A stretch of 64,000 nt of DNA from an uncultured bacterium. GTDB lineage: Bacteria; Bacillota_I; Bacilli_A; RFN20; CAG-826. Positions 8,902 through 19,292 of the stretch are shown here, piece after piece (within the stretch, counting starts at the first letter, position 1; every line of letters starts with the position of its first letter). The position numbers were made by a program, and so were the translations under genes. Where the stretch lies: contig CASFSS010000018.1 in NCBI GenBank assembly GCA_949297445.1, forward strand, positions 291,884 through 355,883. Direction: 5' to 3'. The notes beneath the pieces were generated by a model. The model saw nothing but the letters and a program-made list of their open reading frames with translations. It did not search any database and was not told where the DNA came from.

Positions 8902-11487
8902 ATGAAAAAAACATTGTCTTTGGCCTTTGCGTTTCTTTTGTCATTGTCGCTTGTAGGTTGCAATCAAAGCGGTGAAGGAGGAGACGATGGCACATATCCT
9001 AAATACGATGAAGATGCGGTCGTATTTCATTATCAAAGAACCGATGGTAACTATGATGCTTGGGCGCTTTGGATTTGGCGAGTAGGCGCTGATGGGGCTG
9101 AATATCAATTTAATGGTACTGACTCGTTTGGAGCGGTGGCTGCCTATCCACTTTCAACCTTTGGAGATACGACAGTTGATGATGGTTTAGGCTTTATTGT
9201 AAAAAGTAAAGGCGACTGGTCGGCTAAAGATGTTGATAGCGATCGTTTTGTGGAATTCGAAAAATTCACTAAAGATGATGAAGGCATGTATCATGTCTAT
9301 TTGTGTCAAGGCGATGCCAACATTTATGCTGATAGTACGCTAACTATTATTGATAGTATTGAGACAGCTAAGTTTACTTCTTATGTAGAGATAGAGATTA
9401 AAACTAGCAATCCCTTTACTAGTTATAAATTATATGAAAATGATGCAGTTATTGCCGAAGCCAATGTCGATGCAACAAGTAGTTTAAAAATTACTTTACC
9501 GGGTGGCAAAGAGGCATCATTTGATAACGCTTATCGCATTGAAGTTACTTTCAAGGATTCGGGTGAAACGTTATCTAGCGTTATTAGCGTCAGCTCCCTA
9601 TATTCAACTGACGAATTTTCAGAATCCTATAATTATGATGGCGAATTAGGTGCTATTTATAGTAAAGGTTCAACAACATTCCGCGTTTGGTCACCTGTCT
9701 CAACAAAAATTACCTTAAAAATTTACGATAACGGCACGCCAACTTCGCTCGACCCGATTAATGGTAGCGATGTGGCCACCACTTATGAAATGAGCAAGGG
9801 CGAAAAAGGTGTTTTCGAAAAGACTGTTTCGGGTGATTTATCCGGCAAATATTATACTTTTGTGGTAACAAACGCCACATATAGTGAAAAAGAAGTAGTG
9901 GATCCATATGCCTATTCGACCGGTGTCAACGGTTTGCGTGGTATGGTGGTGGATTTTGATAGTACAGATCCTGCAGGTTGGGATGAAATCTCACCTCATC
10001 CATACGATCGTAAAGAACTTACGGTTTATGAGACACACATTTCCGATATAACTAGTAGTGACACGTGGGGTGGCACACCTGCAAACGCCAAAATCTTTAA
10101 AGGTGCTTACGAAACCGGCACAACATATACAAAAGGTGGCGTTACAGTCAAAACTGGTTTTGACCATATCAAAGAGCTTGGTGTGAATGCTGTCCAAATC
10201 ATTCCGATTTTTGACCAATATAATGATGAAACAAATATGACCTTCAACTGGGGTTATAATCCAGTGAACTATAATACTTTAGAGGGTGGCTATTCTTCCA
10301 ATCCATACGATGGATATACGCGCATCAAAGAATTTAAAGAATTGGTGATGGCCTATAACAAGGCTGGAATCAATATTATTATGGATGTTGTTTATAACCA
10401 TGTTAATGGAGCGGCCGGTTCACAATTTGATGTCTTAATGCCGGGTTATTATTTCCGTTATATGGCTAATGGTTCTTTGTCAAATGGTTCTGGCTGTGGT
10501 AATGAAACCGCTAGTGAAATGTATATGTATCGTAAATTCATGATTGATTCAACAGAATTTTGGGCTAGCGAATATAAACTTGGTGGCTTCCGCTTCGATT
10601 TGATGGGTTTGCACGATATCACGACAATGAATCAAATTGTTAACAATTTATATAAACTTAATAGTTCAATTTGTGTTTATGGTGAACCATGGACCGGCGG
10701 CACAACGACATTAGCGTCCTCTTTGCAAGCGATTCAAGCAAACGCAACTCGTTTCGTAGGCTTTGGTCAATTTAACGATAATGGTCGTGATGGTTTAATT
10801 AAGGGCGGATTAAGTGCCGCGAGCGAAAAAGGCTGGGTTACAAATAATACTAGTTCTTCCGGTGATTGGGGCCGCGTAAAATTGATGATTCAAGGTTCTA
10901 CCAACGCTTTGATTACCGATCCAAATAAAACAACGAACTATGCGACATGTCACGATAATTATACTTTGTATGACCGCATCAAAGCGGCGGGTATAAGCGA
11001 TGAAACAGTTGTTAAAAAGATGGCTATGTTGGCCAATTCGGTCGTTTTAACTTCGCAGGCAACTTCCTTCTTCTTGGCCGGCGAAGAATTCCTTCGCACA
11101 AAAGGTGGCAACTCGAATTCTTACAATGCGAGCTATGAAGTGAATGAGCTAGATTACGAATTGAAAGTTGATAATTATGATATGTTCCAAAATTATCAAA
11201 AGTTGATTTCGTTTAAGCAAAATGTTACTGGTTTGCATTTAAATTATCCCGAAAACACTCAGCTGGTAGTTAACAATAACGATAATAATTCAACCTTTGA
11301 ATATACCGTTTATGACAAGACGACTGGCCGTGAATGTTTAATTATCCATTCTAATGGCTATCAAGCTCAACGCATCACGAAGGATTTGAGTGGATATTCA
11401 TTATATTTAAGCACTATTGATCAAAATAAAACTTTATCTAGTGCGACATTAATTGAGCCGTATGAAACAATTATTTGTTACAAATAA
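8902..11487 (+). CDS. pulA: Pullulanase (type I, GH13 with N-terminal carbohydrate-binding domains), lipoprotein
   Basis: Lipobox LVGC. GH13 catalytic-region motifs (YNHV, GFRFDLMG, GEPW). Size (861 aa) and N-terminal CBM-like region are typical of pullulanases. Confidence 0.8.
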   Translation: MKKTLSLAFAFLLSLSLVGCNQSGEGGDDGTYPKYDEDAVVFHYQRTDGNYDAWALWIWRVGADGAEYQFNGTDSFGAVAAYPLSTFGDTTVDDGLGFIVKSKGDWSAKDVDSDRFVEFEKFTKDDEGMYHVYLCQGDANIYADSTLTIIDSIETAKFTSYVEIEIKTSNPFTSYKLYENDAVIAEANVDATSSLKITLPGGKEASFDNAYRIEVTFKDSGETLSSVISVSSLYSTDEFSESYNYDGELGAIYSKGSTTFRVWSPVSTKITLKIYDNGTPTSLDPINGSDVATTYEMSKGEKGVFEKTVSGDLSGKYYTFVVTNATYSEKEVVDPYAYSTGVNGLRGMVVDFDSTDPAGWDEISPHPYDRKELTVYETHISDITSSDTWGGTPANAKIFKGAYETGTTYTKGGVTVKTGFDHIKELGVNAVQIIPIFDQYNDETNMTFNWGYNPVNYNTLEGGYSSNPYDGYTRIKEFKELVMAYNKAGINIIMDVVYNHVNGAAGSQFDVLMPGYYFRYMANGSLSNGSGCGNETASEMYMYRKFMIDSTEFWASEYKLGGFRFDLMGLHDITTMNQIVNNLYKLNSSICVYGEPWTGGTTTLASSLQAIQANATRFVGFGQFNDNGRDGLIKGGLSAASEKGWVTNNTSSSGDWGRVKLMIQGSTNALITDPNKTTNYATCHDNYTLYDRIKAAGISDETVVKKMAMLANSVVLTSQATSFFLAGEEFLRTKGGNSNSYNASYEVNELDYELKVDNYDMFQNYQKLISFKQNVTGLHLNYPENTQLVVNNNDNNSTFEYTVYDKTTGRECLIIHSNGYQAQRITKDLSGYSLYLSTIDQNKTLSSATLIEPYETIICYK

Positions 11488-11529
11488 TTTAATCTAGGCA
11501 AAATAAATTTAATATTTTAAAATAAGGCG

Positions 11530-12270
11530 ATGAAAAGCAAAGGTTTATTATCTTTCTTACTAGTCGCCTTTTTAACTTCTTGCGGGCGCAATATAGATGG
11601 TCCGTTAAAAGAATATGTTCTAAATTTCAATTACACGAATGGAATAGCGGAAATAAAAAGCGGAACCGTCGTCTATAGTATTGAGGGCTATGATAGTTCT
11701 GACGTCATGACGACTAAAACAATTTCTACCACAACATTTTATACATATGTTGAAAACAATTTAGAACAATATTTTATTCGCACTTACGTTGAATATTCTT
11801 TGGCGGCCATAAATGATGGCGTAGTCTCGACAATGTCGGATTTAAGATACGACCAAACGACCGGTACTTATATAAACCGCCAGTATCAAAATGGTGTTTA
11901 TCAAAAAGAGAGCACTTACTCGTCTAGCGAGGTCTACGATTCATACATCGGCTTATTTTATACCAGCGATGTTGCATCAATGAAAAGTGGTGGCATTTAT
12001 TATGGTGACACCATTGTTACGCGATTAAATACACTAGAAGATGCTTACTATAAAATCGATGAAGATAATAACTTATGGATTTATTCGACAGTCGAAAATT
12101 ATGAAGGATATTTTCATGAGCAATATCTTCATGTAAATCAGTATGGTTTTTTATTAAGCTTTAGTTGGCTGATGCGCGAAATTGAAAGTGGTATATATGG
12201 ATATGAAAAATATGATGTTACTTATAACAATATCGATAGTTTACCACCCTTGCCATCCGATGAAGCTTAA
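11530..12270 (+). CDS. Uncharacterised lipoprotein (Tyr/Thr-rich)
   Basis: Signal peptide plus lipobox LTSC. No recognisable domain. Confidence 0.5.
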   Translation: MKSKGLLSFLLVAFLTSCGRNIDGPLKEYVLNFNYTNGIAEIKSGTVVYSIEGYDSSDVMTTKTISTTTFYTYVENNLEQYFIRTYVEYSLAAINDGVVSTMSDLRYDQTTGTYINRQYQNGVYQKESTYSSSEVYDSYIGLFYTSDVASMKSGGIYYGDTIVTRLNTLEDAYYKIDEDNNLWIYSTVENYEGYFHEQYLHVNQYGFLLSFSWLMREIESGIYGYEKYDVTYNNIDSLPPLPSDEA

Positions 12271-12755
12271 TTGATTTTTAAGAAAATATTTTCTCGATAA
12301 AAGAGCATTACATAAAGAAGTAAATAAAAACAATCAACCAGGCAAAGAAGCCCGACAAAAAGGGCAAATAACCCATCGGTGTAGGTATATCCGCTTGTGA
12401 GACTAGTGGGAATTACGTTTGCTAGAAGGAGTATTCCTAAAATAGCAATGCCTAGAAATAAGAAAAAACCAATGCTTGCTAAGACGACCGATACGACGCG
12501 AACTTTTTTTGTGTCGCTATGAAAAGCCAATTGATCAATGATTAAAGTGCCTCGCTTAAAGGATTTCGCGATTATTACTATTTCGCTGATTACAAAAAGA
12601 AGTCCAAAAATCATCGCCATCATATAGACGAGAATAAACGTTTGGTCTTCTGCCGTTTCGAAATTCAAAAAGCAACTAATAAAAGTAATGATGCCTAAAA
12701 TGGCTATTAACGATTGAACAATTAAGAATGATATGCGGTATATAAGTAGTTTCAT
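12267..12755 (-). CDS. Hypothetical integral membrane protein (4 TM)
   Basis: Hydrophobic segments throughout. Convergent with the upstream lipoprotein gene. Confidence 0.45.
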   Translation of the reverse strand: MKLLIYRISFLIVQSLIAILGIITFISCFLNFETAEDQTFILVYMMAMIFGLLFVISEIVIIAKSFKRGTLIIDQLAFHSDTKKVRVVSVVLASIGFFLFLGIAILGILLLANVIPTSLTSGYTYTDGLFALFVGLLCLVDCFYLLLYVMLFYRENIFLKIN

Positions 12756-12837
12756 TGTCTAAATTATATAATAAATTATTCTATTATCGAGAAATTTTCA
12801 GCAATTCATTAAATATTTTTAATATTTATATGTTGTT

Positions 12838-12852
12838 TGTTATAATATAAAC
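12838..12852 (+). promoter_or_regulatory. Extended -10 element (TGtTATAAT) ending 6 nt before the ATG; candidate leaderless promoter for the neopullulanase-like gene
   Basis: TGTTATAAT at 12838-12846, ATG at 12853, and no SD present. Confidence 0.3.
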
Positions 12853-14592
12853 ATGAATAAACAAGCTTTGTACCACATTTGTGAATCGGAATATAGTTTT
12901 CCGCTTGATGAAAAAAAATTAAAATTGCGTTTTCGAACGATGCGCGACGATGACATCGCTAGCATTGATGTTTTTTGGAATGTTTCGTTTCGAATTTATA
13001 AAGAACAAAAAATAACTCCGATGGCGCTTGAATGCGTCGATGATTTATTCGCGTATTATACGGCGACAATTGAAGCGGATATACCCGCCTATTCATATGT
13101 TTTTCGCCTCACTTTGCAAAGTGGAAAAATATATTTTTATTCAGAAAGAGGCTTATCCCATCTCTATGACTTTGCCTTCGCGCATATCGATTCTTTTAGA
13201 ATGGGATTCATCAACAAAAACGATATTATCCTTGAAAACGAAGCTTTTAAAGGCGCCGTTTTTTATCAAATATTTCCTGAACGCTTTTGCTCGCTAGATA
13301 AAAATATTGATAAATCGCACGTAAATCGTCCTTGGGACACTTTAGATTTAAAAAGCCAAAGAAGCGATGTAATTCAAGATGTGTTTATCGGCGGTGATTT
13401 AAAAGGCATTATAAGCAAACTTGAATACTTAAAAGATTTAGGTGTCGATGCGATATATATGACGCCAATCACCAAGGGTGACACCAACCATAAATACGAT
13501 GTGGTGGATTATTATAATGTCGATAAAATGTTTGGCACAAATGAGGATTTGTTAAATCTCGTCGATGCCGCTCATAAACTCCAAATGAAAGTTGTTCTTG
13601 ACCTCGTTTTCAATCACTCTTCGATGCGCCACGAAATGTTTCAAGATGTGATTAAACGGGGAAAAAATAGTCCTTATTACAATTTTTATTTTGTCGATGG
13701 TGATAAACCGACACGCGAGCCACTTAACTACTATTGTTTTGCGGCAGTTTGGGGCATGCCTAAATTAAATTCCAATAATTATGATGAGCAAGCCTATTTT
13801 GTCGATGTGGGCAAGCATTTTATTCAAAAATACAATATCGATGGCTATCGCCTTGATGTCGCCAACGAAGTTTCGCATGATTTTTGGATTAATTTTAAGC
13901 GGGAATTATTAAAAATTAAACCAAATATTATTCTTATTGGCGAATGTTGGTATAATTCGCATGCTTATTTAAGGGCAAATGAATTTGAAAGTGTAATGAA
14001 TTACCCTTTTCTCAACGCTTGTGTTGATTATTTTGTGACACGGCGTTATGACGCGGAAAAATTCGCCGAGCGATTAAATAATTTATTAATGCGTTATCAA
14101 GATAATTCTAATCGTATGATGTTAAACTTACTTGATAGTCACGATGTCGAACGCTTCTATGACCGTGTGGCGCCTAATAAAGATTTATATTTTCTTGCCG
14201 TCGTTACGTTGATTATGTATGTGGGTTGGCCGATGATTTATTATGGCGATGAAATTTTCATGAAAGGTGGACCAGATCCACACAACCGAAAAGGAATGGA
14301 ATGGATTAGCCATGAATATGCCAGTTACGATTATCAGCTATTTCGCCGAATACTTCACTTAAGAAAAGATAAACTTGTTCGCGAGGGTGATATTAAGATT
14401 ACCAATGTCGGTTCATTGTTTTCTTTGAGTAGATACATTGGTGATGAAAGAATCGTTTTATTGATTAATAATTCCGATAGTCCTCTTTCTTATGAAGTGC
14501 CAAATAAAGAAATCGTTTTAAGCAATGGGTACAATGCTGGAACTTTCAAAGATTATTCCTTTGTAATCTACAAAACATCGAAAAATAAATAA
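12853..14592 (+). CDS. Intracellular GH13 neopullulanase/cyclomaltodextrinase/maltogenic-amylase-like enzyme
   Basis: No signal peptide. N-terminal domain typical of neopullulanases. GH13 motifs (DGYRLDVANEV, GECW, LDSHD). Confidence 0.7.
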   Translation: MNKQALYHICESEYSFPLDEKKLKLRFRTMRDDDIASIDVFWNVSFRIYKEQKITPMALECVDDLFAYYTATIEADIPAYSYVFRLTLQSGKIYFYSERGLSHLYDFAFAHIDSFRMGFINKNDIILENEAFKGAVFYQIFPERFCSLDKNIDKSHVNRPWDTLDLKSQRSDVIQDVFIGGDLKGIISKLEYLKDLGVDAIYMTPITKGDTNHKYDVVDYYNVDKMFGTNEDLLNLVDAAHKLQMKVVLDLVFNHSSMRHEMFQDVIKRGKNSPYYNFYFVDGDKPTREPLNYYCFAAVWGMPKLNSNNYDEQAYFVDVGKHFIQKYNIDGYRLDVANEVSHDFWINFKRELLKIKPNIILIGECWYNSHAYLRANEFESVMNYPFLNACVDYFVTRRYDAEKFAERLNNLLMRYQDNSNRMMLNLLDSHDVERFYDRVAPNKDLYFLAVVTLIMYVGWPMIYYGDEIFMKGGPDPHNRKGMEWISHEYASYDYQLFRRILHLRKDKLVREGDIKITNVGSLFSLSRYIGDERIVLLINNSDSPLSYEVPNKEIVLSNGYNAGTFKDYSFVIYKTSKNK

Positions 14593-14792
14593 AAAAAGCC
14601 GCAAAAAGCCTATATTAATGTTGAAAAACAAATATTTTTAGTAAATTAAGATGCATTTATAATGGTAGAAATAGCTGTTATATTTATCGATGATTTTAAT
14701 GTCAATGGCTTTAAGAAATTTTTCTAATTAAAAATAATGTTTCTAAAAATATGATGAATTTAATAAAAAAATTTGTTATGTTAAATAGGTAA

Positions 14793-15113
14793 ATGAGTAA
14801 CTTAGAAGAAGCTTATTTTATCCAAGAAAAAATAAACAAAAATATTATTTTAAGGCACCGTCTTTATGCAATTATGTTGCCTCTTCTTATCGTTGGAGCA
14901 TTGCTTGCTTCTATTTTAATGTCGGTTTATTTTCTTCGTGGCGATTATCCGGTTATTTATTTGGTGTTTGCCATCGTAGGTATCGTCCTTTTTGCTGGTG
15001 GATTTTCGCTTGGAGTTTACGTGGCAATTTTAGGTACTAAAAACGATAAATTAAAAGCTCAACGCAGCATTATAGTTAGCGAGTTAGAAAAGGAAAGGTT
15101 ACGCTCTTTATAA
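14793..15113 (+). CDS. Small 2-TM membrane protein, unknown function
   Basis: ORF with two hydrophobic segments; stop codon 1 nt before the start of the downstream kinase gene (15115). Confidence 0.4.
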   Translation: MSNLEEAYFIQEKINKNIILRHRLYAIMLPLLIVGALLASILMSVYFLRGDYPVIYLVFAIVGIVLFAGGFSLGVYVAILGTKNDKLKAQRSIIVSELEKERLRSL

Positions 15114-15114
15114 T

Positions 15115-16278
15115 ATGTATAATGTTTCCGATAAAGAATTTATAAAAATATTTAATAAAAAACCTGAACATCATTTTGAGACGGGTGGTCGTTTCGAAAT
15201 ATTAGGCAATCATACCGACCACAATCATGGTTTATGTATTGTTGGATGCTGTTCTTTAAAAATCTACGCCTCGGTTTCGCTTCGCGAGGATTCGTATATC
15301 AATATTATTTCAATCAACACGGGACGTTTTTCTTTTTCTACCGATGATATTCGTGTCTCTTATGATGAATATGGCACCTCGGTAGGAATGGCTAAAGGTG
15401 TTTGCGTATATTTGAAAGAAAGAGGCTATAAGCTTGGTGGTTTTAATGCGGTCTTTTCTAGCACTATTCCTGTCGGTGCAGGCGTATCAAGCAGCGCGGC
15501 TTTTCAGATGATAATTGCGACGATAATTAATTGTCTCTTTAATGATGGTAAGATTGATAAAATCATCATGGCAAAGGCCGGGCAATACGCTGAAAATCGT
15601 TATTTTTTAAAGGCATCTGGCTTGCTTGATCAAATTGGTGTTTCTTATGGTGGTATTAACGCTTTAGATTTTAAAAATATCGAAAATCCCAATGTCTATC
15701 ATTTTTCTAAACAGTTAGAAGGCATTCATTATGTCTTAATTTCTTCCGGTGGATCGCATTCCGATTTAAGCGATTTATATAGCGCCATTCCTGGCGATAT
15801 GAAAAAGGTTGCTAATGCTCTTGGCGTCAATTATTTGCGCGAGGCTTCTTTGCGTGACTTGCATGATTTTGTCACCACTCACCCCGGTGTTTTAAAAAGG
15901 AACGAGGTGGAGAGAGCCGTTCATTTTTATCGTGAAAATAATCGAGTTAAAAAAGCTATTAAGGCTCTAAAAGAAGATAACTTGCAAACCTTCCTTCGCT
16001 TAATTAACGAGTCGCAAGATTCTTCCGCGAAGTTATTAAAAAATATGATGGTTGCTGACCATTATGAAGATTCGCCTCAAGAAGTAGTGGATTATGTTCG
16101 TCAATACATCGGAGATGGCGCATGCAAAATTAATGGTGGAGGGTTTGCTGGAACAATAATTTGTCTTGTTCACGACAAGGATTTTCCGTTTTTCATGGAA
16201 AAAATGAAAGAAAAATACGGTAATAAATTTTTGCTAGAAATTGAATTAAATTTAGACGGTGCAGTTATGCGCGATTAA
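15115..16278 (+). CDS. Galactokinase-family GHMP kinase
   Basis: Galactokinase signature GRFEILGNHTDHNHG and GHMP motif PVGAGVSSSAAF. Confidence 0.6.
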   Translation: MYNVSDKEFIKIFNKKPEHHFETGGRFEILGNHTDHNHGLCIVGCCSLKIYASVSLREDSYINIISINTGRFSFSTDDIRVSYDEYGTSVGMAKGVCVYLKERGYKLGGFNAVFSSTIPVGAGVSSSAAFQMIIATIINCLFNDGKIDKIIMAKAGQYAENRYFLKASGLLDQIGVSYGGINALDFKNIENPNVYHFSKQLEGIHYVLISSGGSHSDLSDLYSAIPGDMKKVANALGVNYLREASLRDLHDFVTTHPGVLKRNEVERAVHFYRENNRVKKAIKALKEDNLQTFLRLINESQDSSAKLLKNMMVADHYEDSPQEVVDYVRQYIGDGACKINGGGFAGTIICLVHDKDFPFFMEKMKEKYGNKFLLEIELNLDGAVMRD

Positions 16279-16994
16279 TTTATTAAATTAATAATATTAT
16301 CATGAATGACTAATGTTGCCATGTCATCGAAGGGCGTTTTATTTTTATTAACAATGATTATTGGTGCGTTTGTGTAATAAAGCAAAGAAGCTGCTGGATT
16401 AACGACAAGAGATGATCCTATTACAACCACTAAATCAGCATTACTAAGAGACGCGATAGCATTGGTTAAAGCGAATTGATCTAACGGTTCTTCGAATAAA
16501 ACAACCTCCGGTTTTAAAATTGAGTTACATTTTTGGCAGCGTGGAAGTCCATCGACAATGGTTAACTCATCAAGGGAATATTCTTCATGACAACTGGGGC
16601 AATGAAATTTTTTAGCATTTCCGTGCAACTCGATTACAATTTTTGAGCCAGCTTCCTTATGCAAATCGTCAATGTTTTGCGTTATGACATTCACAAAATG
16701 ATTTTTCTCTAATTCAGCAATGTATTTGTGTGCTTGGTTTGGCTTAGCATTTTTATGCAGCATTTCGTTAAAGAAATAGTCATAAAATATGTCGGGATGC
16801 TTGTTAAAAAATGTATGAGAAACAATCTCCTCATATGTATAACCATATTTTTTTAAAAGGTATTTTTCGTTTTCTAATTGTTTATCGCCGCGGATATCAT
16901 CGATGCCACTTGCCACTGAAATGCCCGCTCCAGTGAAAAAGACGATTTTTTTCGCATTATTAATGAGGGAATGGAACTTTTCTTTGTCGGTCAT
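16275..16994 (-). CDS. cobB: NAD-dependent protein deacylase, Sir2/CobB family
   Basis: GAGISVASGI Rossmann motif, zinc ribbon CxxC...CxxC, and a catalytic His in the LHGN motif. Confidence 0.8.
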   Translation of the reverse strand: MTDKEKFHSLINNAKKIVFFTGAGISVASGIDDIRGDKQLENEKYLLKKYGYTYEEIVSHTFFNKHPDIFYDYFFNEMLHKNAKPNQAHKYIAELEKNHFVNVITQNIDDLHKEAGSKIVIELHGNAKKFHCPSCHEEYSLDELTIVDGLPRCQKCNSILKPEVVLFEEPLDQFALTNAIASLSNADLVVVIGSSLVVNPAASLLYYTNAPIIIVNKNKTPFDDMATLVIHDNIINLIN

Positions 16995-17545
16995 TTATGT
17001 TCTTTCCCCTCACAAGCTTTTTCCACTTGGCCCACCAAATAATCTTTGTCTAAAACCTTTAAAATTGCATAGGCAAATTTAGCAAAATATTTCATCGATC
17101 TTGCCGTAACTATCTTGCCGTCTATTACGCATTCTTCGGCAGTAAAATGTCCATCAATTCCTTCGTTAAATCCAGCGTAGCAGGTGTACCTTTTGTCACG
17201 TAAATAGCCATATTTTCCTAAGATGGAAGGAGCGGCGCAAATAGCGGCTACAATCTTGTCCTTTTTAATAAAGTCTTCGATAATTAATCTAACCAATTTA
17301 GACTCACCTAGATTTTTAACGCCTAGTCCGCCTCCCGGTAGCACTAAAACATCAAAATCATCGGCATTGATATTCTCTAGATATGTATCAGCTTTAATTT
17401 TTATTTTAAAAGAGGAAATAACTTCAAGATTATCAGATATTGTAGCGGTTATGACTGCTTGACCGCTTCTAAGCAATAAATCACATGTTCCTAACGCTTC
17501 TACATCTTCAAAGCCATCGGCGAGTAATAGCAAAATTTTGTTCAT
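16991..17545 (-). CDS. DJ-1/PfpI family protein
   Basis: Nucleophile-elbow motif AAICAAP. Size and pattern typical of the DJ-1/ThiJ family. Overlaps the cobB start by 4 nt. Confidence 0.75.
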   Translation of the reverse strand: MNKILLLLADGFEDVEALGTCDLLLRSGQAVITATISDNLEVISSFKIKIKADTYLENINADDFDVLVLPGGGLGVKNLGESKLVRLIIEDFIKKDKIVAAICAAPSILGKYGYLRDKRYTCYAGFNEGIDGHFTAEECVIDGKIVTARSMKYFAKFAYAILKVLDKDYLVGQVEKACEGKEHK

Positions 17546-17678
17546 AGAGATACCTCCAATTCTATTTTTTTATTTTATAACAATTGTCTAAAAAATGATA
17601 TTTTCTTGCTAGCAATGTAAATGTTTAGCAAATTGAATTTATAAGGTGTAAAATATCATTAACGAAAGGATATTTACT

Positions 17679-17816
17679 ATGGAAGAAAAGAAACTTAAAA
17701 CGTACCGTTGTAAAATTTGTGGCTTCGTTTATAAATGTGAAGAATTGCCTGAGGATTATGTTTGCCCAATTTGTGGCGCCCCGGCAAGCATGTTTGAAGA
17801 AGTAGAAGAAGAATAA
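17679..17816 (+). CDS. Rubredoxin (45 aa)
   Basis: Not in the ORF track because it is under 60 aa. Translation: MEEKKLKTYRCKICGFVYKCEELPEDYVCPICGAPASMFEEVEEE, with the two CxxCG iron-binding knuckles. Followed by a terminator. Confidence 0.8.
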   Translation: MEEKKLKTYRCKICGFVYKCEELPEDYVCPICGAPASMFEEVEEE

Positions 17817-17836
17817 GTAGATAGTATCATTATATA

Positions 17837-17878
17837 AGCGCATAATTTATCTTTAAGATAAAAATTGCGCTTTTTTCT
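17837..17878 (+). terminator. Terminator after rubredoxin (gcgca...tgcgc stem with inner tatct/agata helix, then TTTTTT)
   Basis: Inverted repeat plus U-tract seen in the sequence. Confidence 0.5.
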
Positions 17879-17918
17879 TGCATATTAATGCCAGTTGGCA
17901 TATTATCAATATCGATAA

Positions 17919-19229
<1,311 letters not shown>

Positions 19230-19253
19230 AATTTGATTTATGCTATAAAAAAA

Positions 19254-19278
19254 CTAGGACCAAAAATCCTAGTTTTTT
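19254..19278. terminator. Bidirectional rho-independent terminator between eno and add
   Basis: ctagga-ccaaaaa-tcctag hairpin flanked by an A-tract upstream and a T-tract downstream. Confidence 0.75.
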
Positions 19279-19292
19279 AGTTTTGCTTATAA

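Noticed and set aside
16275-17545. Sir2-domain protein considered as a possible antiphage defence component (Thoeris/DSR-like)
   Set aside because: It is a compact 239-aa canonical CobB-type deacylase with the zinc-ribbon CxxC...CxxC and no SLOG, TIR or other effector fusion or partner. It is paired with a DJ-1/PfpI housekeeping-type gene instead.
17625-17843. 72-aa minus-strand ORF from the ORF track
   Set aside because: It is antisense to the much better supported rubredoxin gene (17679-17816), which has Cys knuckles and a terminator.
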